From NCBI RefSeq assembly GCF_006345805.1, contig NC_043006.1, positions 6,572,001-6,636,000 of the forward strand: 64,000 nt of DNA, given 5' to 3'. Under the pieces are notes generated by a model. The model worked only from the letters and a program-made list of their open reading frames with translations, was not told where the DNA came from and did not search any database. The DNA comes from Octopus sinensis (taxonomy: Eukaryota). Below are positions 54,224 through 64,000 of the stretch, piece after piece (within the stretch, counting starts at the first letter, position 1; the number at the start of each line of letters is the position of its first letter). The position numbers and the translations under genes are program-made.

Positions 54224-54387
54224 TCTTCCCCCCAAAGGGGGAATGAACAACGCGTGCTACCACAAGCACTAAGTGTTTTCAATTGAAAACCAACAGTTAA
54301 GTTATTCAACAGTTTAACAAGAAACAACAGTTGTTAACAATATTAACACCACGAAACAGCAATTCTTACTTCACGAACACATGTGCG

Positions 54388-54450
54388 GCAGACGAAATAC
54401 CGCTAAGCATTTCGCCCGGCGTGCTAACGTTTCTGTCAGCTCGCCGCCTT
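54388..54450 (-). mobile_element. 5' head of the S3 SINE split by the Tx1 LINE
   Basis: AAGGCGGCGAGCTGACAGAAACGTTAGCACGCCGGGCGAAATGCTTAGCGGTATTTCGTCTGC on the minus strand; followed by the outer TSD at 54451-54466. Confidence 0.92.
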
Positions 54451-55479
54451 CGTGCATCACAATACTATGTGTCATTGAATGTCCAAATTACATGAAAGAA
54501 TGAATATTTCTGTATATCGAGGTTATTGAAATTGATTGCTCGCCTCTTTAAAGCAAGGAGTTTCAATCTGTGCTAGATGTTATTTTGCAGCTTGATGTGT
54601 CACGAATAACAGCAGATCAATATTTCGTATCGATCCCCGTCAATATCGTTGCTTTATATAGCGGATTTTTGCTATAAATAGAAAATCTTTGCTGAAATCG
54701 TAATGCACCTTTCACTTTCAGGTTTTTAAAATTCTTTATTAACTTCTGTTTTTAGTAATCGGTCACTGTGCATCAGAGTAACGGTTGCCATCTTATCTTG
54801 TCGTATAATTTTGATTTTGACTGGATGTTGGTTCTTGGTTTCCCCAATTCTCTCAGGAGAATAACCTATTGGACTTTTGATACTTGTATTCGATAGTCAT
54901 TGTGAGTGACTGAATACGTTTGGTAGAGAAGCATATTCTCGATCATAGCATATTGAGTACTGACGGAATTCGGTTTCCAATGAAACGCAAGTATTTCTAA
55001 TCCCAATAAATCATTCTTTTCATATGACTAACCTTTTGTTGAGTCCGCAGTATTTATTGATTGAATTTTAAATTCCTCTCGCCATAGTTTGGCAACCCGC
55101 TAATGCCAAACCCAGTTTCGCATTTTGCTAAGGAGTAAGTAAATCATGTTCCTGCTTTATTTCTTTTAAAATAAGGCATTTCCTTGCATGTATTCGAAAA
55201 TATGCATCTCTTGTTTTTTATTAGGTTCTCATAAACGACAAAATATTTTACAAAAATATCTATTACGCCAAGATGAGATATCTAATGGGTTGAATTCATA
55301 GTATTCCTACATAAATTATGTCTATAATTTCAATCCGTGAAGGATATATCGAAGTAGACAACTCTAAAATGCCACTCCTGTGTGAACGAGGTTCAGTGGT
55401 ATAGAGCACATACCTTGTTTCATCCACAGTTAGTTACTTTTCTGAAAATGTGATGCAATAACAATGAATATTTAAATAC

Positions 55480-56306
55480 AAACTGATGCCTTGAATTACA
55501 CAATTTTGTATGAAATCATTATCAATTGTTGCGGACCACTATGCCAGGTCACTGTATTCTTTGAAATCACTAAATTTGCTTCCTCCTTCCTGTTTCAGCT
55601 CTCTTTTTTCTTGAAGTTCTTGACCACTGTGATTATCATCTGCAACATAAGTGTCAACAGTAGGTTGATTACTGCTATAGAGCACTGATGGTTTGTTATT
55701 TCTTTACTACCCACAAGGGGCTACACACAGAGGGGACAAACAAGGACAGACAAACGGATTAAGTCGATTATATTGACCCCAGTGCGTAACTGGTATTTAT
55801 TTAATCGACCCCGAAAGGATGAAAGGCAAAGTCGACCTTGGCGGAGTTCGAACTCAGAACGTAGCGGCAGACGAAATATCTATTTCTTTACTGCCCACAA
55901 GGGGCTAAACACAGAGGGTACAAACAAGAACAGACAAACGGATTAAGTCGATTATATTGACCCCAGTGCGTAACTGGTACTTATTTAATCGACCCCGAAA
56001 GGATGAAAGGCAAAGTCGACCTTGGCGGAGTTTGAACTTAGAACATAGCGGCAGACAAAATACCGCTATGCATTTCGCGCGGTGTACTAACGATTCTGAT
56101 AGCTCACCGCCTTGAGCACTCATGGTTTGTGCACTGTCATTGACTTCCCTGGTGCTTGCATGACGTGTTTCTGTTGCAGATGATGGTAAACTTTCACTTG
56201 ACATTGTAAAATATTTTGATAGCTTTTGACATTTAAAATCTTCGTTAGATTGCTTTTCCTTGAGTTGGTGTTTCTGGTATCCGCTTATATACATTCTTGA
56301 AGGCAT
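55480..56306 (-). pseudogene. Probable hAT (ZMYM1-like) transposase N-terminal remnant interrupted by the S3 dimer
   Basis: MPSRMYISGYQKHQLK start and, beyond the SINE, SDLA*WSATIDNDFIQNCVIQG, which resembles the DP..W...GP motif of this group. Confidence 0.4.
55697..56113 (-). mobile_element. SINE S3 dimer (one head, two body+tail units)
   Basis: Internal junction at 55866-55880; 17-bp TSD GAGCACT(G/C)ATGGTTTGT at 55680-55696 and 56114-56130. Confidence 0.92.
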
Positions 56307-57832
56307 AGTTATTCCTCTTGGGGCCTAGACATCCGAGTAAAAAAAAAATAAGGTAATATTTTCATTAGCACTGCAAAATAGAGATCAATCAAGATAAGTG
56401 TCTACAGCTTAATATATAGTCATAAATGACGAATTGTTCATTTTGTACAAGGCAATATTCAAACAATTTTTGAAGTAGAAAAATGCTTTGTTGCTGAACA
56501 GATTGTGAGTCCAAAATTAGGTGGCAAACTTTTTCATCGGTCATTAAATATTGGTGTACCGATGAGAAAATAAGAATTCTTATCTCTACTGTGCTGATGT
56601 AATAGTAGATATATTTGACGATGGGAGGGGCAGGGGTGACGTTTCCTAAATAGTTCAAGAAAAGTGAATTATCTGCGAGTTCTTTGTACATTTCTTTTTT
56701 GTACCACTCCACACTGGCAGTGAGTGGAACAGCTTGTGGCAAGACACTACTTGTCTAGACTCTGCATAGGAGTGTGAGATGATGTCGTCCACTAAGACTG
56801 GTAACAAAAATCTACAAAAACAAAAACTTGACAGATTAAAAAAATGTGGTTCCCTCAGAAGACTCCTCCAGGATTAGGAGCCCTTTAGCTTAAGATTCAT
56901 TAATTTTATTGTAGGTCCTCCAATTTGACCAAGTGAAGTTTATTTGTGGTTAATTTAGTGAATTTTACCGCTATCGTACCCAGTTCGAAATGGTTACCTT
57001 AAGATTGTATTTACCTCTTTCAGTACAATTATATGCATCACATTGTATTTATACAATAATCGTATTATTTTAAATGTATTGTTGTATTGCGGATGGTCGT
57101 GTCTTCATAAAAGTCTATTCCGAATTAAGAACCATTTTAGGAGTGAATAGTCTCCACTATTTTGCTGTACTAGAATCCGAAGTTGGCAATGAAAAGTTAG
57201 ATAATTCAATAAATATATTTTCTAAAATACTCGTGAATGTGGGATGCCAACCATTTAAAGATCTCAAAAATTTAAATATGAAAAGATATTTTTTCCCCCG
57301 TTTTTGTAATTTAATAAACATATTCATCTTTCGATTTTTTGATTTCTGTATATGTGCTGTATGAAAACCATAGCTTTAAGCTTTAAGTTATCATTAAAAA
57401 AATATTGCACGCAGGATATTGAATGAATTGATACTAATTAAGATTGTTATTAACTGCCAAGACGGCTACTCATGTAACATAGTTCCTGGAATATTGATTA
57501 TTTCACAATATGAAATAATGATCAAGATACATACATAGTCACATTCGGAGAAAGACAGGAATTGGCAGAGTTAGAGAGAAATCAGTAAAGCGTCAGAGAA
57601 AAGTAGAGCAAGGGTTAGATTTTTTTTTTAAGTAGAAAGATAGTTTAGTAGACAGAGGAGGTGAAAACCTGACCAGTGATATAAGATGAGAGACGAAAAG
57701 AAGGCGACCTTTATGAGATCGAAACAAAAAAGAGAATTCGATAGACAGAAACGTAAACAACGAAAATAATACGAAGCAGAGTGTTACGAAAGAAACGGAA
57801 ATTTCCATATAAGGGTGTGACTATATATTTGT

Positions 57833-58050
57833 AGGCGCAGACGTGATTGTGCGGTAATAAGTTATCTTCCGAACCAGATGATTCTGGGTTCAGTACCACA
57901 GCGTGTCACCTCGGGCGAGCCACTTCTATAAATTCGGGCCAACCAAAGTTTGTGAGTGTATTTGGTAGACGGAAATTGAAAGAAGACCGTGAATGTAGGT
58001 GTGTGTGTGTGTGTGTGTATTTCTGTGAGTGTGTTTTTGTGTTTGCCTCT
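57833..58050 (+). mobile_element. Degenerate SINE S2 5' half
   Basis: GGCGCAG...GGGTTCAGTACC...GGTAGACGGAAATTGAAAGAAG followed by (TG)n. Confidence 0.7.
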
Positions 58051-58177
58051 GTGCGTACTGTTTATGTGCGTATTTATATGAGTATGTACATATGTTTTTA
58101 TATGTCTATATACATGTCTACATATATACAAACATATATTCTTAACACGGGAGATCAATCAAGATAATTGTCTACAG

Positions 58178-58213
<36 letters not shown>

Positions 58214-58216
<3 letters not shown>

Positions 58217-58410
58217 CCTCGTCTGTATCACTAGCGATTTTTTTCCTCTGTCTTCCCTTCTCGGGATCTTTCCTTCTATGTTTCCGACGAAGAGCTCCGC
58301 TCGAAACGTCAAACCCTCCTTCTTCCCTTCTTTCCTGAGTGTCCAATAATACTTTATTTGTTCCACGTCCTTGCGTTGTTGTCTTTTTGTTTTCTTGTTT
58401 GGATTAACTA
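58214..58410 (+). mobile_element. Penelope-like pLTR fragment in (TA)n with a variant hammerhead-like motif
   Basis: GTTT-CCGACGA-A-GAGC-TCC-GCTC-GAAA-CG-TC-AAAC at 58280-58314; (TA)n on both sides. Confidence 0.6.
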
Positions 58411-58763
58411 TATATATATACACTCACACGACCATGGGGTGATACTGATCCTTATACGAAAGGGAACGATTTGCTAATCATTTCACTTCACACTAAATTT
58501 ATGTTCACAACGGTTTCACAATCCTCATTACCGTATGTTTCAATGGATTATACATTACTATACACAGATCTATTTCATATAAACCATCTCTAAATTTCTA
58601 TGTTTATATCAAATCCTGTGAGTGTGTTGTAGAGGTTTTCTTTCTAACCACATGGTTCAGTGTTCAATCCTACTGTATTGCACCATGGGCAAGTGTATTC
58701 CATCATAACTGCGGCTCAACAAACGCCTTGTGAGTTGATTTGGTGGACGGAAACTCAATTAAG

Positions 58764-58810
<47 letters not shown>

Positions 58811-58860
58811 ATATATATATACATATATGTATGTGTGTGTGTGTGTGTGTGTGTGTTTGT

Positions 58861-59108
58861 GTCACTAAAGTGACTGAGGGCACTAGGCAGCACCACTACT
58901 GCTAGAAATAAGAGTTAAAACATATCATAGCAACAAGGAGCGCCTTATTTTAATGACTGACAAGGTAGGCAAGCTTCCTTAGCGCCTACTAATTGCTTGC
59001 CTCCCTTTTCAATCATGAAGATAAGGTGTTTCTAGTGGTTATGAGTTGTTTTAACTCTTATTTCTAGCAATACTGTTGCTGACTAATGTCTTCAGTCACT
59101 CTAGTAAC
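58861..59108. repeat. Long imperfect palindrome (MITE or fold-back-like)
   Basis: TGCTAGAAATAAGAGTTAAAACA and TGTTTTAACTCTTATTTCTAGCA, plus pairing of the outer and inner segments. Confidence 0.75.
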
Positions 59109-59278
59109 GTATATATTTCTGCGTTTTCGTTGTAGAATTGCGAACAAGCCATCCTTATTTTATATAATTTATATATATATAAAATTCTTCGGCTCTCTCT
59201 GTTCCCAATACGGATCAACCAAATCAAATCAAATATTACATGATAATGCTATCAGACCCCGTGAGTGTCAACATGTAA

Positions 59279-59745
59279 CTTTTTCGATTAAAACGATGCA
59301 ACATTGGCATTGGTCCCGTACTACGTGTCAAAACTCGAAGAATAAAAGTGAAAGAATAACATCTATATTGTAATGTGATAAAGTTTCACTTTTATATTTT
59401 ACATCTAATACTAACAACGACGACGACAACGTCACATTTCGTATATGACTGTGTATCTGCCTGTGAATGAATGTGTGTGAGTGTATGAGAGTCTATATGT
59501 TTCACAGTCTTCGCATCCGTGTTAAGTATATTATTAAACACACTATATGTATGTGAGGGCTGGTCAGTGTCAATACGAAATTTAATTTTCATTTCGATTA
59601 AAACAATATAACAGTTCATAGAGATAATCATTCTATTGTCAACAGAACATTTCACATTACAACGACAACGACTTCACAATACCCGCCCTGATAATATAAT
59701 CGTCCAAACTAACATATATATATATATACACAAATGTATGTATAC

Positions 59746-59796
<51 letters not shown>

Positions 59797-59905
59797 TAAT
59801 TTTTTCGATTAAAACGATGCAACATTGGCATTGGTTCCGTATTACGTGTCAAAACTCGAAGAATAAAAGTGAAAGAATAACATCTATATTGTAATGTGAT
59901 AAAGT
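59279..59905 (+). repeat. ~105-bp direct duplication (59279-59384 and 59800-59905) in a Helitron-like 5' fragment
   Basis: TTTTCGATTAAAACGATGCAACATTGG...GTGATAAAGT is repeated; Helitron-like start TATATATATAAAA near 59170. Confidence 0.7.
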
Positions 59906-60620
59906 ATATATATATACACAAATTTATGTATATACATATATATATAAATATATATACGCTCACGCGCACTCACTCACGTTCACACTGACGCACACATAAG
60001 TGTTTTTACGTGTGTCTTTGTTTCAGTTGAACTTTCTGGACGAAAGCCGCGTTCTTGGACTGCTTTGGTCGGCTACTACTCTTACGCGATATGAACTCGG
60101 GTGTCAGTATTTGAAAGGTTCTGCAAGAACAAAGAAAACATCTGGTGTACGCTCACTCTCTAATTGTTATTTCGAATAGTATTGCTTTGTAAATTACATT
60201 CAGTGCGGGAGGACCGAAGAAACCTATTGATTATTTATTAAGATATTTTCAACCTAATCCTTAAGATTAACTCTTGAATCCTCCGTTACATAATTTCTTA
60301 TCAATGCGGATTCATAATATCTTTAATGCAAATATATCATCAAGAAAATATATAAGATAGCCATAGTTTGGATATCACAACAGCCAACATCATAAATTTC
60401 ATCGGGAATCATTCGGTTGAATATTAGTGAAGATTTGAAGTTAAGCAATTCCTCGTAACAACTACTTTTTCTTCTACAGCATTGAGGACTGATAAGTTTA
60501 ACAGTTTATCACAAAGAATGATTCTTCATTGCAAACTGGTTTATGTATTTCTATCTATATTTAAGAGTCTGTATACATATAATCGCTTATAGATATATGT
60601 ATATGTATGTATATCATATA

Positions 60621-61877
60621 CTAGCAGTATAACCCGTCCTTGCCCGGGATTAAGTTACGATTATTAAGCTAATCAAGTTCTTTATTTCAAACCAAACTAA
60701 GTAATATCGACGTCAAATTTGGGCAAAATCCGTTGAAATTGGTTATATTATATATATATCATATATATATATATATAATATATTATAATATAATATAAAT
60801 ATATATATGGGCAACAGACACGAACACATATACACATACGTATGTACGTACACCTAGTGCATGTTTTGTGCATGCATACATGTTCATAAACAGAAATGAA
60901 TGGAAAAATGTTGTTAAATTTGTAGATTAACACACTCACGATTTTCACTAAGAAAAATAATCGTTTTTTTTGTTGCGTGGAATCAACAACTAATATGCTA
61001 CAAAACCTTTTTGTGGTCCGTGAATCGGAGTGGGTGTGGTGGAAGCCCCGGAAATTGTACCCATTTATATTGTGCAATTCACTGACAACTTGCTACTCAC
61101 CTCTTTGTTTCTTTGTTGTTAAATAAATGGATTGTCAACAAAACACTTTTTTACTCGGCGTAAAATAAAAACAAAACTCTTTCGCACCCAAAGTAATGTG
61201 AGTGAGAGAGAGGGGGGGAGAAAGAGGAACGATTTAAAATAAATAAATGATTTAAAATAAATATATTGTAATTGTTGTGTGAGAAAGTATATATACTATG
61301 ATTATAAAATATAGTGTCTTTCAAAAACATCCTGAATTTGAAAACTATATCTCGTGTTTAAAAAAAGACAAAACATTTTACATTTTATATTTTATGAACG
61401 TCGTCACTTACTCTCTCTCTCTCTCTCTCTCTCCCTCTCTCACTTTGTCTTTCCCGTGAAACTCTCTGCTTCTCTTCCACTTTTCTTTATCTTTTTTTGT
61501 TAGACGCCGTCAGAAAGCTATGGCTGAAAATAGATTTTTATGAACGTCGTCACTTACTCTCTCTCCCTCTCTCACTTTGTCTTTCCCGTGAAACTCTCTG
61601 CCTCTCTTCTTCCACTTGTCTTTATCTTGTTTTTTTTTTGTTAGACGCCGTCAAAAAGATATGGCTGAAAATAGATTTTTACCGCTAAATGTTATGGCTG
61701 AAAATAGATTTTTACCGCTATCCGCGGGTGCCTCGGGAAAAAAATAAGTTAACAAAACCCAGATAGGATGTTGACGAATGTCCTCCTAAAATTTGAGCGA
61801 CATGCGTGCTAATTTGTGGATGTGCATAAACTACAATCACGCACGCACACACACATCTTGCCGTATATATATACAGA
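60621..61877 (-). mobile_element. Non-autonomous Helitron
   Basis: Minus strand A|TCTGTATATATATA start at 61877; 3' hairpin CCCG(G)GCAAGGACGGG then CTAG|T at 60621; internal ~145-bp tandem duplication at 61389-61690. Confidence 0.8.
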
Positions 61878-62719
61878 TATATATAAATATATATGTATTC
61901 CCAACCACAAGGTTCTGGGTTCAGTACTATTGCGTGACACCTTGGGCAAGTGTCTTCTGCTATAGACTCGGGCCGACCAAAGACTTGTGAGTATATCTGG
62001 TTGACGAAAACCGTAAGAAGCCCGTCTTATATATGTATATGTATAATTATAGTATTTTCTGTTAAGAACATAGTAGAATACAATATAAAGCTCGCTCGTC
62101 CACTTTCACATTTAAACTGTGCTTTCCAGTAGTAGTATTATATGTATTTCCAGGTTTGCATTTGGGCATCTCTCGTGTGTGAATACATAATTGAAAAAAT
62201 TGGAGTCAACAAGAAAGGTACGGTTGGACATTTATTTTTTAATCACTACAATTGTTTGCACGCAACGTAGTTCTCCAGATGTGCAGGTACTTGATTAAGA
62301 AACTATTTCCCTGCATTATGAGGTCTAGTTGTGTTTCCTCAGGTGATATGTAAATATTGTCTCTGTAAATTTAAAATGCTCGGCTTCAAGAATATTATAT
62401 TTCTCTGTCGGGACCTTAATTTAGTAGTAGTCACAAAGCCTATTTACGTATTCAAAGTGCTTTGAATACGTAAATGTAGTGGGATGGTGATTCTCGTACC
62501 CTTAAAGTGGTTGCCGTTATAAAGAGATTGATATTTTATTTCTTTATACTGTTGATTTGTTCTTCATGGTTGGTTACACATATGATTCTCCTTAGCTGGC
62601 TTTTAAGATTCAACACTCGGACACATACACGCATATATGCGCGCGCGGGCACACACACACACACGCATATATATACATTCACATACATACACATATAGAA
62701 AATCTACACACGCTCACAT

Positions 62720-63252
62720 ATTGGGGAAAAATTTTTGGTGAAAATTTTCCAAAAATTTTTGGGTAATATTTCCTGTGAAAATTTTCGAAAAATTTTTGGG
62801 TAAAATTTTCGAAAAACTTTTGGGGAAAATTTTCGAAAAATTTTTGGGTAATATTTTCTGTGAAAATTTTCGGTCAAAATTTTCGAAAAATTTTTGGGTA
62901 AAATTTTCGAAAAATTTCTGGGTAAAATTTTCGATCAATTCTGTGAAAATTTTCGAAAAATTTTTCGGTAAAATTTTCGGTGAAAATATTCGAAAAATTT
63001 CTGGGTAAAATTTTCGAAAACTTTTTGGGTAAAATTTTTTATGTGAAAATTTTCAAAAATTTTTGGGAAAAATTTTCGGTGAAAATTTTCCAAAAATTTT
63101 GGGGAAAATTTTCGATAAATTTTTGGGTAAAATTTTCGGTGAAAATTTTCGAAAAATTTTTGGGGGAAATTTTCGCAAAATTTTTGCAGAAAATTTTCGG
63201 TGAAAATTTTCCAAAAATTTATGGGGCAAATTTCGAAAAGTTTTGGTGAAAA
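62720..63252. repeat. Minisatellite of self-complementary GAAAATTTTC / AAAAATTTTT units
   Basis: About 50 consecutive A4-5T4-5 blocks spaced 10-11 bp apart. Confidence 0.9.
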
Positions 63253-63379
63253 ATCGAATCTACTTGTAAAAATCGTAGGTAAATTCCAATTGAAGAAATT
63301 CTATATTGTAGAATTGTATTAAAAAGGAACATGGGAACAGGCAGAGAACATCTGCTTTTTATCATACACACACATATTT

Positions 63380-63423
<44 letters not shown>

Positions 63424-64000
63424 TATATATATATACATACATACACATACATCTATATGTATATATATATATAAATGCATGTATGTGTATATATGTATAT
63501 ATATATATATGCATGTATATATATATATATATATATGCAAACGCACACATACATATTTATACGTCGAGAAAGGCATAGGTTAAGATTAAAGTCCTTCAAA
63601 TTAATGCACACGTTAATCTAACCAACGTCCTATATTTTATCAATATAGAGTCACTGACATTATACTATTCTGCAATTACTGCTATCTCCGACTGGCCAAT
63701 GTGAGGAAAAAGGTAATGCCCTTAGAATAACTTATTTCGAAATTCATCCCCAATTTATATAAATAGTTTAGAATTATCTGAACAGCTTAGGCTATATTAT
63801 CAATAGATTTTAAGGTCGAATGCATGCCATAAGAATATACACCATTTTGACAATCAGTTTCGTTTTCATAGTTTCTTCGTTTACCCTCTCAGTGTCCCAC
63901 TCTCTAAAACGTAATAAGCCGAGTACTGATAAGGCATACTGACGTCAATTGGTTGAGTGTTGCCTATAGATTGGGGAATTACTGTCAATAGGCAACTTCT

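Larger units (their letters stand above)
49041..54387 (-). mobile_element. Full-length Tx1-clade (L1 group) non-LTR retrotransposon
   Basis: 5' UTR, ORF1 with CCHC, ORF2 APE-RT-zinc knuckle, 3' UTR; 14-bp TSD GCAGACGAAATACC at 49027-49040 and 54388-54401. Confidence 0.93.

Noticed and set aside
49909-54272. Plus-strand ORFs of 90-218 aa overlapping the LINE
   Set aside because: Antisense shadows of ORF1 and ORF2 with no recognisable motifs.
56389-56742. 117-aa minus-strand ORF as a host exon
   Set aside because: Non-ATG start, no domain, no convincing splice context.
62714-63249. ORFs of KIFEKF repeats
   Set aside because: Translations of the A4T4 minisatellite.

Overview
AT-rich, repeat-saturated animal genomic DNA, intergenic or intronic. 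The SINE families, (TA)n/(TATG)n/(AAT)n microsatellites and retroelements are most consistent with an octopus/coleoid cephalopod, which is an inference. I found no supportable host protein-coding exon; nearly all short ORFs are microsatellite or SINE read-throughs. The window contains a full-length ~5.3 kb Tx1-clade LINE (ORF1 with CCHC knuckle; ORF2 APE+RT) on the minus strand at 49041-54387, decayed mariner, R4/Dong-like, CR1-like and probable hAT remnants, two non-autonomous Helitrons, four tRNA-headed SINE families (my labels S1-S4), and several Penelope-type minimal hammerhead ribozyme motifs, two of them inside long inverted repeats. The main signal: the Tx1 LINE sits precisely inside an S3 SINE at GGTATTTCGTCTGC. 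S3 carries the same ~45-nt 3' tail as the LINE, and S3 copies recur at that same internal site of other S3 copies, forming headless ~183-bp tandem arrays. This looks like a LINE/SINE pair in which the SINE is both cargo and preferred landing pad.
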